This document shows positions 46,350 to 58,964 of a stretch of 64,000 bases of DNA, in pieces. The notes beneath the pieces were generated by a model. The model had not been told where the DNA came from, did not search any database, and was given only the letters and a program-made list of their open reading frames with translations. A program made the position numbers and the translations under genes. The stretch covers positions 442,432,001 through 442,496,000 of the forward strand of contig OZ024740.1 in the NCBI GenBank assembly GCA_964016885.1. Direction: 5' to 3'. This DNA comes from Eledone cirrhosa (taxonomy: Eukaryota). Position 1 is the stretch's first letter. Each line of letters begins with the position of its first letter.

Positions 46350-49300
46350 CGACGACGTTCACCCCTGGTACTGAAAAGAAAAGTCGTCTATTTTTTTTAT
46401 TAACGACCAGGCGACAGGCATCCGTTACCTCGTGGATACAGGAGCTCAGGTTAGTGTTATTCCTGTTTCACTAATCTCGGGCAAAAGACACCCAACCCCG
46501 TCCTTTCTGCAGGCAGTGAACCAATTGTCAATTCTGACTTTCGGGGAAAAGTCTCTGACCCTCAATTTAGGCCTGAGGCGGCGTTTTCAATGGGTGTTCG
46601 TCGTGGCAGACCTGCTGACCCCGATCCTAGGAGCCGATTTTCTCCACCACTTCAACCTTCTGGTGGATATGAAGAACCGGAGGCTTATCGACACCACCAC
46701 AAACCTCACTGTGAGAGGGATATTTACGACGCAATCCACAGTGAGCCCTGTAATTTGCCTGTCACAGCCTTCGCGGAACAACGGCATTCTCCAGAAATAC
46801 CCAGACATCACTCGCCCGGTATTTAAGGATGGTCCCATTAAGCATAGTGTCACGCACCACATCGAGACAAAGGGACCACCCACAGCTGCCCGACCAAGGA
46901 GACTGCCTCCAGACCGATTGAGAATCGCCAAGCAGGAGTTCCAACACATGCTGGACCTCGGAATCATTCGCCCTTCCTCCAGCAACTGGTCTGCACCCCT
47001 ACACCTTGTTCCAAAAAAACCCGAGAATGATTGGCGACCATGTGGGGATTATCGTGCACTTAACAATTCTACAGTGCCCGATAATTACCCTGTACCTCAT
47101 CTGCACGACTTTTCTGCCTCTCTGCAAGGCGCACGCATCTTTTCCAAGATAGATTTGGTGCGTGCATATAACCAGATACCTATGGAGCCTGCAGATATTC
47201 TGAAGACCGCAATCACAACACCGTTCGGTTTATTCGAATTCCTGCGAATTCCGTTCGGTCTGCGCAACGCTGCACACACTTTTCAGCGGTTTATTGACAC
47301 CGTGTTACGCGATCTACCCTTCGTATACGCGTATATTGACGACGTACTGGTAGCAAGTGCTTCCGAGAATAAACACGAGAAGCACTTAGATCTCCTTTTC
47401 CGACGTTTGGCTGAGTACGGTATCATCATCAACCCCAGCAAGTGCCTTCTCGGCGTTCCTTCACTGTCCTTTCTCGGGCACATCATCGACAAAGACGGCA
47501 TTCGTCCACTTCCCGAGAAAGTAGAAGCTAACCGCAGTTTTCCTGCACCTACATCACTTCGGAAACTGCGTGAATTCCTCGGTCTGATGAATTTTTATAG
47601 GCGGTTTATCCCTCATTGTTCCGACGCAGCCAGACTCCTCACGGACCTTCTTCGTAACCGGACTCGCAAAAACGAAGAGATCACTCTAAACGAGGAAGAA
47701 TTAACATCTTTTAACCGCCTGAAGGAAATGTTGGCAAACGCTTCCATGCTCGTTTTCCCCAGGTCTGGCGCTCCTTTTTCGCTGCTAGTGGACGCATCAG
47801 ACACAGGGATTGGAGGCGTTCCACAACAACATGTCGACAGCGTGTGGCAACCCTTATCCTTCTTTTCTAAGCGGTTGCAACCGGCAGAAACGAAATACAG
47901 CACCTTTGGCCGCGAACTCTTGGCAACCTATCTATCGGTTAAGAATTTTCGGCACATGCTCGAAGGATCAGATTTCGTGATCTACACGGACCATAAACCA
48001 CTAGTTTATGCGTTCCGTACCAAACCTGATCGACATGCACCGAGAGAACTCCGACACCTGGATTTTGTCTCCCAATATTCAACTGATATTCGGCATATCA
48101 AGGGATCAGACAACGTAGCAGCCGACGCCCTGTCCCGAATCCAGCTGAACGCAATACATGTGCATTCAGGCATCGACCTTCAACAAATCGCAGCTGACCA
48201 AGAGACTGACGAAGAGTTTATGAAACTCCGAGATTCGCCATCTCTCAAGTTTCAGCAAGTTCCCATTCCTTCTTCTCCGGGACAAATTTGGTGCGACCTT
48301 TCTACCGGTCATGAACGACCGTACGTACCACAGATGCATCGTCGACAAGTTTTTCTGCTTTACACTGCTTCTCTCACCCGGGAATCCGGGCTACACAGAA
48401 ACTCATCTCTGCTCGTTTTGTGTGGACTAACATTAACAAGGACGTGCGCGACTGGTCCAGGAGCTGCATTGTCTGCCAGAAAGCCAAAGTCCACAGACAC
48501 ATCAAAACTCCACTCGGCACATTCGCGCAACCTGATGCACGTTTTCATCATGTGTATATCGACATCGTCGGACCTCTACCACCATCACAGAACTACACAC
48601 ACTTGCTCACCTGCATCGATCGATTTTCTCGTTGGCCTGAGGATTTTCCCATAAATGATACCTCAGCGGAAACAGTCGCTAAAACTTTGGTTTTACACTG
48701 GGTATCACGTTATGGCGCCCCAGCGAAGATAACAACGGACAGAGGAGGCCAATTTGACTCCCACCTCTTCAGGGAACTGACTCGCCTGTTAGGATGTAAA
48801 CACATCCGCACGACAGCTTATCACCCGCAAGCTAATGGTCTCGTGGAAAGATTCCATCGTCAATTGAAAGCTGCAATAAAAGCATATCCAGACAAGACAC
48901 ACTGGTTTGAATACCTACCACTCATCCTTCTGGGCATTCGATCCACCGTTAAGGAGGAATTCGGACACACACCTGCAGAATTAGTGTACGGCACCACCCT
49001 GGTTCTACCTGGTCAGATGGTTGCTCCCATCTCTCCTCAGGATGTTCCAGACCCAGGATCATACGTACACCGTCTTCGACAATATATGTCTCACCTTGCT
49101 CCTGCAAGCACCCGTCAACAGAACACGGCCACACACGTACCTTCAGACATTGATGATTGGACACACGTTTTCTTTCGAAACGACACCATCTCAGCTCATC
49201 TTTGACCTCCATATTCTGGCCCTTATCGTGTTCTAAAAATATATCCGAAATATTTTATTCTCGATCTAGATGGTAAACAGAATTCTGTCAGCGTGGACAG

Positions 49301-49457
49301 ATTAAAAAAAGCCATCATGGATACTGTTACAGTCTCTACACCAGAAACTCCAACAGATTGCTGTCCCAGCGAGCCACCTGTTTCATCTCCAGTCACGAGA
49401 AGCGGACGACGCGTCCATTGGCCCGCAAAGTTGGCACAATATGTGAATTACCGTTAA
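46346..49457 (+). pseudogene. pol: Gypsy pol (protease, RT, RNase H, integrase, GPY/F); frameshifts near 46395 and 48352, TGA at 49203
   Basis: [32 protein letters not shown]...CIVC, IDIVGP, TTDRG, VERFH, *PPYSGPY. Confidence 0.92.
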
Positions 49458-49611
49458 CCTCAAGTGAGTTTCTTAATCATTCTTCGTGCAAAACATTTCC
49501 ATTTTTCTTGTGTTTACTATTTCCAGTTTCAAATACAATGAACTTTCAGCTTGAACAATTGCAATTTTTAGTGACCATGTGCTCATGTCACGAAGAACAT
49601 TATTTATTATG

Positions 49612-49790
49612 AACATATCGGTAGAGGGTCGGACGCCATGCTTTCCAGCATAGTTACGTCCCTTTACGATCTGAGTTCAAATCCTGCCGAGGTTGACTTT
49701 GCCTTTCATCCTTACGGGGTCGATAAAATAAAGTACCAGTAATACACTGGGATAATTGCTGGCCTTGTGCCTAAAGTAGAAACAATTATT
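49612..49790 (+). mobile_element. Degenerate tRNA-derived SINE
   Basis: B-box gagttcaaatcc followed by gcctttcatccttacggggtcgataaaataaagtaccag; similar copy near 57585-57650. Confidence 0.7.
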
Positions 49791-50367
49791 TATTACAAAC
49801 ACTATTTAAGAACAAACATTGTGTATATCATTGTGTATAACATTTTTTTCTTCTTCTCTCTCTTGTTTTGCAAAATTTGTATTTTTCTTGTTCTGTAACA
49901 TTGATTGTGTAATTGCCATACTTTTTATATACATACAAGGCGTGTACATATTCTGTTTTTCATGCACACTACAAAACCACATTTGTTTCACCTTTTGGTT
50001 CATACACTGAGCAATAGATATTTGTGTCCCTCTAACTCTTACACTACAAAATGTTTTCTCTTTGATCACGCATTTCACAAATCGCATCCTCAAAACACTG
50101 GCCTTCCTTTTTCACGTACATATTCACTCAATAGCTCGAGAATGCCTCGCTATTTTTTTTTACCACATGCATTCGCTCAAGTCATATGCTGTGGCCAAAC
50201 CGTTACTTTTAGGCAGCATGCTTACGGCCATTCAGTTCACACATTACGATTATCTTCACTGCCCAGTTTGACTTTTTGTCACGCAATTCACAGGCAGCTC
50301 AACCGAAAAGGCAACAGGCTCATTCATCACGCCTGCATAAATCTGGTCAAAGTCATTTTATAGTTTA

Positions 50368-51835
50368 CTAGCATTAAAGCCCGGCGTTGCTCGGGGTCAT
50401 TAAGTTACCAAAGTTAGGTTGCAGCACTTTTTTGTCTGCCAGGCACTGGGTGAATGAATTGCGGACCTGGAAGCATGAGCTGCGCCAGCAGTGACAATTG
50501 TAGTTTCGCCTATGGATATTATCTCTGTGCAAAAAAGTGTTGAAATTTATTGTTTTACAGTACTTGCGCAACACGCGCGTAGACGATGCCAGCCGAACAA
50601 CAGAGCTGCGATGGAGTTGTTCTGCATGGTTGTCTGTGTATTTTCTAAATTTAAGACAGTAGGGAGGGTTGTGATATGAGGGAGAGTTAGCTGTTGTTTC
50701 TAGCAGGTTTAGTGACCTCATAGAGGATATGTGTTTTCTAAATTTAAGACAGTAGGGAGTGGTGTGATATGAGGGAGAGTTAGCTGCTGTTTCTAGCAGG
50801 TTTAGTGACCTCATAGAGGATATGTGTTTTCTAAATTTAAGACAGTAGGGAGTGGTGTGATATGAGGGAGAGTTAGCTGCTGTTTCTAGCAGGTTTAGTG
50901 ACCTCATAGAAGATATGTTTTCTAAATTTAAGACAGTAGAGAGGGGTGTGATATGGGGGAGAGTTAGCTGCTGTTTCTAGCAGGTTTAGTGACCTCATAG
51001 AGGATATGTTTTCTAAATTTAAGACAGTAGGGAGGGGTGTGATATGAGGGAGAGTTAGCTGCTGTTTCTAGCAGGTTTAGTGACCTCATAGAAGATATGT
51101 TTTCTAAATTTAAGACAGTAGGGAGTGGTATGATATGGGGGAGAGTTAGCTGCTGTTTCTAGCAGGTTTAGTAACCTCATAGAGGATATGAGTTTTCTAA
51201 ATTTAAGACAGTAGGGAGTGGTGTGTTATGAGGGAGAGTTAGCTGCTGTTTCTAACAGGTTTAGTAACCTCATAGAGGATATGTGTTTTCTAAATTTAAG
51301 ACAGTAGGGAGTGGTGTGATATGAGGGAGAGTTAGCTGCTGTTTCTAGCAGGTTTAGTGACCTCATAGAGGATATTATTGTTTATCATCTATATATATAA
51401 AACTGACTGCACGCCTAACGAAATTTACAGATACATATATTTTAAATAAACTTATATAATTTTTGCTTTTTTTTACGAAATATTTGCTTGTTTTACGTAG
51501 TCTTTAAATAGACTTGTTTTCAACTAAAAATTATTGTGTTAATGTCATTTTAAACGCTGAGAAAGCCAGCGTAATTTTTTTAATTTTTGCACGCAGACGC
51601 TCAATGTAAACAGAACAAAGGGAAATAACTGATCACTTACGCTCAAAAATCGATACATTATATTCGATTTCGTCAGATAGGGCGGGTCAATTTGAAATAT
51701 TTTTTTTCCGATGTCTTCGCTAGGGCTCAATGTACAAGTATAGCAATTTCGGTGCAATTCCGTGAGAGATTCTAAGAGGAGATGTGTGCCAAAAATCGAT
51801 AGACAGACAGACAACCACAGATTTATATATATAGA
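50368..51835 (-). mobile_element. Non-autonomous Helitron inside the Gypsy element
   Basis: Minus strand A|TCTATATATATAAA ... hairpin cccgagcaacgccggg ... CTAG|T. Confidence 0.75.
50640..51373. repeat. ~87-89-bp tandem repeat, about 8 copies, within the Helitron
   Basis: Unit ttttctaaatttaagacagtagggagtggtgtgatatgagggagagttagctgctgtttctagcaggtttagtgacctcatagaggatatgtg. Confidence 0.95.
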
Positions 51836-52004
51836 TTTCATTTTTCTCTTCCTGACAGAAACATCTTGCCATATCATCTCTACATCGACTCTGTCCTGTA
51901 CTCGATGATCACAAAATTTCACAACGTGCTGGACACTCCTGGGGCTATTGTCATGACAAATGCACCACTGGCCCATTACTATACGATATTACTTCTTTTG
52001 TTGA

Positions 52005-52541
52005 TGAACAGCCACCGGAAATAACAGCTGTGAAATATACAGCGCCATCTACCTGTTAGCTAGCTACTCAACGTGAAACAAAAGAACCCTTAGAACCTAC
52101 CAGAATTAGAACCTACTAGAATTAGAAGCTACCAGAATAAACGCCTACACATCGACTAAACAACAAAGGATTGTTCCTGTATAAATAGAGTGGTTCCTAA
52201 CACTTTCGCTAGTCGACTTTTGACAGAGTCAGCTAGCGCATCATTGTTCCTTTACTCTGCCACGCTTTGTCACTCACACACGCATTGCCTTGTACCCCGT
52301 ATCGTTGCTTCATGTGAAAATAAATAGCTGATCGAATTTACATCTCGCCTTGCTTCGTCCTTTCAACTTGTGCTTTCGTCTGTCCACCCTCAACAGTTCT
52401 TTTAAGGGCTATATGCGACAACAGTCCTTTTAAGGGCTATCTTCATATCTGATCAGACAGTATGCGATAAGAGTCCTTCTAAGGGCTATTCTCGGATCTG
52501 ATCAGAAGTAGTGACTAGACTGACCAACCAGCGTCGCTACA
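52005..52541 (+). repeat. 3' LTR
   Basis: About 9 substitutions relative to the 5' LTR, counted by eye. Confidence 0.95.
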
Positions 52542-52582
52542 TATGTATACGTACATACATATATGTATACAGACGTACAGTA

Positions 52583-52617
<35 letters not shown>

Positions 52618-55600
52618 TACATGCACACACATATATATGTGCGTATGGATTCACCGACCATTTATTATAATGCTCGGTGTGTTTGTAAACAAACATCCCG
52701 AATTAAGCCCTTCAGTGTCTAGCAACCATCGTTGCTCATTTGTTCAACACTGACAAAGGAACGCTGTACTAGTTTGAAGCTTATTAGCTATCGTCAGGAA
52801 AGTATACCTTCCTGGCAGATGATTGAACGTCTGAAAGTATATACTTCTTTATGCATATTTATTATAATGCTCGGTGTGATTGAACGTCTGAAAGTATATT
52901 CTTTCCTTATCCATATTAACGTCTGAGCAGCCTAATTTGCATATCGAGTGTGTTAATCGGCCGGGGTACCGAAAACGATAAACTGAAAAAATGAAATGAA
53001 ATTTCATTTCTCACTCTTAGTACTGCTGTTATTTAAATATAAGTATGTATACGTACATACATATATGTATACAAACGTACAGTACTATGTATATGTATAT
53101 ATACATACATGCACACGCATATATATGTACGTATGGATTCACCGAACATTTATTATAATGCTCGGTGTGTTTGTAAACAAACATCCCGAATTAAGCCGTA
53201 CAGTGTCTAGCAACCATCGTTGCTGATCGGTTCAACACTGACAAAGGAACGCTGTACTAGTTTCAAGTTTATTAGCTATCGTCAGCAACGTATACCTCGC
53301 TGCCAGATGATTGAACGTCTGAAAGTATATACTTTCCTTATGCATATTAACGGGTGAGCAACCCAATTTGCATATCGAGTGAGTTAATCGGCCGGGGTAC
53401 CGAAAAGGATAAACGGAAAAATCAAATGAAATTTCATTTCTCACTCTTAGTACGGCTGTTACTTAAATATAAGTATGTATACGTACAGACATATATGTAT
53501 ACACACCTACAGTAGAATGTATATATATATACATACATGCACACACATATATATGTGCGTATGGATTCACCGAACATTTATTATAATGCTCGGTGTGTTT
53601 GTAAACAAACATCCCGAATTAAGCGATTACAGTGTCTAGCAACCATCGTTGCTCATTTGTTCAACACTGACAAAGGAACGCTGTACTAGTTTGAAGCTTA
53701 TTAGCTCTCGTCAGCAACGTTTACCTTCCTGCCAGATGATAGAACGGCTGAAAGTATATACTTTTCTTATGCATATTAACGGCTGAGCAGCCTAATTTGC
53801 ATATAGAGTTAGTTAATCGGCCGGGGTACCGAAAACGATAAACGGAAAAAATGAAATGAAATTTCATTTCTCACACTTAGTACGGCTGTTACTTAAATAT
53901 AAGTATGTATACGTACATACATATATGTATACAGACGTACATTAGTATGTATATATATACATCCATGCACACACATATATATGTACATATGGATTCACCG
54001 AACATTTATTATAATGCTCGGTGTGTTTGGAAACAAACATCCCGAATTAAGCCGTACAGTGTCTAGCAACATTTCGTTGCTCATGTGTTCAACACTGACA
54101 AAGGAACGCTGTACTAGTTTCAAGCTTATTAGCTATCGTCAGCAACGAATACCTCTCTGCCAGATGATTGAACATCTGAAAGTATATACTTTCCTTATGC
54201 ATATTAACGGCTGAGCAGCCTAATTTGCATATAGAGTTAGTTAATCGGCCGGGGTACCGAAAACGATAAACGGAAAAAATGAAATGAAATTTCATTTCTC
54301 ACTCTTAGTACGACTGTTACTTAAATATAAGTATGTATACGTACATACATATATGTATACAGACGTACAGTAGTATGTATATATATATACATACATGCAG
54401 ACACATATATATGTACGTATGGATTCACCGAACATTTTCATAATGCTCGGTGTGTTTGTAAACAAACATCCCGAATTAAGCCGTACAGTGTCTAGCAACC
54501 ATCGTTGCTCATTTGTTCAACACTGACAAAGGAAGCTGTACTTGTTTCAAGCTTATTAGCTATCGTCACTAAAGTATACCTTCCTGCCAGATGATTGAAT
54601 GTCTGAAAGTATATACTTTCCTTATGCATAGTAACGGCTGAGCAGCCTAATTTGCATATAGAGTTAGTTAATCGGCCGGGGTACCGAAAACGATAAACGG
54701 AAAAAATGAAATGAAATTTCATTTCTCACTCTTAGTACGACTGTTACTTAAATATAAGTATGTATACGTACATACATATATGTATACAGACGTACAGTAC
54801 TATGTATATATACATACATACATGCACACACAGCTATATGTGCGTATGGATTCACCGAACATTTATTATAATACTCGGTGTATTTGTAAACAAACATCCC
54901 GAATTAAGCCGTACAGTGTCTAGCAACCATCTTTGCTGTTTGGGTTCAACACTGACAAAGGAACGCTGTACTAGTTTCAAGCTTATTAGCTATCGTCAGC
55001 AATGTATACCTTCCTGCCAGATGATTGAACGTCTGAAAGTATATCATTTCCTTATGCATATTAACGGGTGAGCAGCCTAATTTTCATATCGAGTGAGGTA
55101 ATCGGCCGGTGTACCGAAAACGATAAACGGAAAAAATGAAATGAAATTTCATTTCTCACTCTCAGTACGGCTGTTACTTAAATATAAGTATGTATACGTA
55201 CATACATATATGTATACAGACGTACAGTAGTATGTATATATATATACATACATGCACACACATATATATGTACGTATGGATTCACCGAACACTTATTATA
55301 ATGCTCGGTGTGTTTGTAAACAAACATCCCGAATTAAGCCGTACAGTGTCTAGCAACATTTCGTTGCTCATTTGTTCAACACTGACAAAGGAACGTTGTA
55401 CTAGTTTCAAGCTTATTAGCTATCGTCAGCAACGTATACCTTCCTGCCAGGTGATTGAACGTCTGAAAGTACATACTTTCCTCATGCATATTAACGGCTG
55501 AGCAGCCTTATTTGCATATCGAGTGAGTTAATCGGCCGAGGTACCGAAAACGATAAACGGAAAAAATGAAATGAAATGAAATTTCTCACTCTCAGTACGG

Positions 55601-55972
55601 CTGTTACTTAAATATAAGTATGTATACGTACATACATATATGTATACAGACGTACAGTAGTATGTATATATATATACATACATGCACACACATATATATG
55701 TACGTATGGATTCACCGAACATTTATTATAATGCTCGGTGTGTTTGTAAACAAACATCCCGAATTAAGCCGTACAGTGTCTAGCAACATTTCGTTGCTCA
55801 TTTGTTCAACACTGACAAAGGAACGCTGTACTAGTTTCAAGCTTATTAGCTATCGTCAGCAACGTATACCTTCCTGCCAGATGATTGAACGTCTGAAAGT
55901 ATATACTTTCCTTATGCATATTAACGGCTGAGCAGCCTAATTAGCATATCGAGTGAATTAATCTGCCGGGGT
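52542..55972 (-). mobile_element. 430-bp retrozyme-like array, right part (about 8 units)
   Basis: HHR core intact at 53249, 54106, 54963, 55393 and 55823; mutated at ~52761, ~53678 and ~54535. Confidence 0.85.
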
Positions 55973-55974
55973 CA

Positions 55975-56750
55975 TAGGGCTTTATGCAGCCGTCACCTAC
56001 GTCGTTAGGAAATTTTTCTTTTAACTGTTTATGTGTGTCCATGGAGATCCTAATCATTTTAAGATTAGGACTCTCCGCAGAGTGTGTAAAAGTTTTCCCT
56101 TCGGTATCCACCGAAGGGAAAACTTTTACACACTCTGGTGTCTGTTTTATTGTTAGTATTTTTGTAGGTGTATCATTTTTGTTGTGCTGTGTTGCTTTTT
56201 TTCTCTGGTTCTTGTGTGTGTTTACGTTTTGTAGTAGGTGTTTTGTTTTCAGGAGGGGGTGTTTTGTTTGTGCTGTTTGCGTCGCTTGTATTGGTGTTTG
56301 TGTGCTTGTTGCATATTTGTTTGTTTTGCGTCTTTTCTTTTTTTCTTTTTACTAGTCGGAAAGGCTCTCCCTCATCCGTGTTGTTGGGGAGTGGTTCATT
56401 TTGAGGAGCTGTTATGTGTGTGGATGTTTCTGGAGTTGTTTTAGGTGGGGAGGGGTTGGATGGGACTGTGTTTGCAGTTTGGTTAGTTTTTGTGTGTTGT
56501 TGTTGTTGTGGTGGTGGTTGTGTTGTGTTGGGTGTCGGCAGTAGTGCTTTTTTTTAATGCAGTTAATTGAGGACAGGAAGCTCTCAGGTGACCACTGCTT
56601 AAACAGTGGTAACATGAAGGCCGCCTTCCCTCAACAGAAATGTTTATGTAGGAATTTCCATCCAGAGGCACACGTTGTGGTATTCTAGCTATCCGTTCTT
56701 GTCTCATTTGGACCAGAACTTCTAAGCTTGTACCGTTGAATATGCCCCTG
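55975..56750 (-). mobile_element. ORF1 fragment of a related Tx1-type LINE
   Basis: VQMRQERIARIP...VEGRRPSCYHCLSSGHLRASCP and LKMIRISMD, homologous to ORF1 at 29444-31261. Confidence 0.8.
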
Positions 56751-57169
56751 GAGATAGATAGATGTAGTTACAAGTTTACATATTTGTCTTTGGCTCTCTG
56801 GTTGTCTCTGTATAGATAGGAGTTTGAAATTCTGGTTCTTGGGTGTTTTGTAAGAAGACACGTCAAGCTTAGAAAGTGTTGCATACTTTTAAAAACGTGA
56901 GCTCTTTATTAGCAACGTCCTTAATTAATTATACCATACCAATATCATTGTTAACTATACCATACCAATATCATTGTTTATGATATTGGTATGGTATAGT
57001 TCCGTAACTTCTGGTGGAGTGGAAGGGGTGCCCTAATGGCTTACCGTGCTTCTGGCATTAAAAATAGAAGTAAAGTCAGATGGAAATTAAATACTTTAGC
57101 ATTAAGACATTGGTACGAAGGAGCTTTTGTCTTTTATTTTGTCTGGAATAATAAGATATATCCAGAGCC

Positions 57170-57450
57170 ATTACAGGTAATTTGAAATAGGTGAGACTGA
57201 TATAGTTGCAAATGAACAACTACAGGAAAAGATTACATTTTCAGAGAGGGAGTTCCAGATAGCTGTCGTTCCAGGAAGGAAAAATTGAGTGAAGGGAGGT
57301 AAGCACAATATGGATGATGAGGATAGGATATACTTTAGCTTTAGAGAGTTGTGTTGGTCTGGGTGCTGGGAATACGACAACCACCAGCGCTGAAGGGCAG
57401 AAGAGTCTGTAATAGCAGTAATAAAACTCAATGGAGGAGACATTATGGGT
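57170..57450 (-). mobile_element. Old LINE 3' fragment
   Basis: FFLPGTTAIWNSLS resembles the FFPRT..WNSLP C-terminal motif of CR1/Jockey-group ORF2. Confidence 0.4.
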
Positions 57451-58964
57451 GGCCGATTTGGGTTCAGTCGTCGATATCTGCGAGTGTAGCAACAGCACCG
57501 CCGTAAATGTGGAACCAGTATTGCATTGTGGATCTTACTTCAACTTTTCGTATATCTACAAACATTCATTCGAAGCTTTTTTTACATTCCGAGTTCAAAT
57601 CACGCCGGGATTAAATTTGCCTTTTATTCTTCTGGGGTCAATAAAAGGAATATATTAATAAAGGAATTATGTTTGGAACGCGACGAGCAAAGTTTAGAAT
57701 TGAAATGGAAATAGAAGCTTCACCGTAATATTCTTGACTATAATATTGTCTAGTGATGGGACGTATAAACCCACTGGGAAAAGATGCTGATACCCATCTT
57801 TCCCCATATATTAACATTGTTAGATAGAATACAACATATTTTCTTCTGATTATGAAAATATAAACAGGAAAACGTTTCTAAAGAAAAAGACTATAGCCGT
57901 GTGTAGCTGAATATATTGCTAGTACTTCTAAAACCTCTACTAAATTCTGAATCATTTTGTTAAAAGTGTATTACTGGGAAAACATAAAAACTACAGAAAC
58001 TATCTATATAGTTTTTTGTTGTTTTGTTTTTAGAGTGAATTGAACTAATAGAGTGAAATGGATAGAAAGCCAGCCAGCGAATATGAATCGACTGAATGGA
58101 TTTCATAAGAAAGCAGCTCACAAAGGAATTTACATGCCATATCTTATCGAAGGCTATTCGGATGATGAATTCCGCCCCTAGGCTGTTACTATAGATACAG
58201 AAAAGCTGATATATTATTAACTCAAGCATGGTTTAAAATATGAAATAACATACTTCTTATACAACTTAGAAAGAACTGCTGATCAATTCCAATTCCGGTA
58301 AAAAAAAAACAGTCTTTACTGAGCATTTCATGAAGTCACATCTCCTCCTGGAATTCTTGACGAACATTTATATTTCCACGATTCTTTATTTGTTGTTTGT
58401 ATCAAATATCAATTAAATCAGAAAATATACAGAAACAATAAACCTTCTAAACTAAAGAAATTATCATTTATTAATGATTTTTTGTTCACATTGTCACAAA
58501 CCCCAAATTTGTAGAGAAGAGAATAAACTCGATTGAATGAAACACAATATAGGATTGGTTCTTATTTTATCAACCAGAGAATAAGAATAATGAATGTCAA
58601 ATTTCGACCTAATCTGGATTTGTCGTTAGGAGAGTGGAGGGGACAAAATTATGTTCTTTAATGTAGAATCCATGGTGTGTGTCAGAAATAAAGGAATTAT
58701 TGTAGAATAGAATAAATTAGTTTGTTGAGAGGAAGTGTCACATATTCTAGACAATAGCTTTTATCAGAAAAAAACATCTCGTTGTAACGAAGGGCTCCGC
58801 CGCTTTAAACGTTAACAAAGCGATCTATTCAACTTTGAGCTTCAGACATAACCCAAGATATTTAGTTTAATGTTGTATTGGTTCATCTAAATAATTTGGT
58901 CATACAGTTGAGGAATCTATTGAACAGTAAATCAGTCGTTATGTAGCCTTGATTAGGCTTCTAC

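Larger units (their letters stand above)
44884..52541 (+). mobile_element. Ty3/Gypsy LTR retrotransposon with TATG target-site duplication, inserted in the 430-bp array
   Basis: Two 537-bp LTRs (TG...CA); TSD at 44880-44883 and 52542-52545; PBS; gag; PR-RT-RH-IN order. Confidence 0.95.

Noticed and set aside
50640-51373. ~88-bp repeats as a CRISPR array or coding repeat
   Set aside because: Whole units repeat with no spacers, inside Helitron termini
51388-51420. Second Helitron starting TCTATATATATAAAACTG on the plus strand
   Set aside because: No matching hairpin-CTAG 3' end found downstream
55875-55912. Plus-strand hammerhead CAGATGA...GAAAGTATATACTT in the 430-bp unit
   Set aside because: Core is CAGA rather than CTGA and stems I and II do not pair; the convincing HHR is on the minus strand
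54760-55931. Repeated 103-aa ORFs in the 430-bp units
   Set aside because: Start in low-complexity sequence, are broken in many units and contain no recognisable domain
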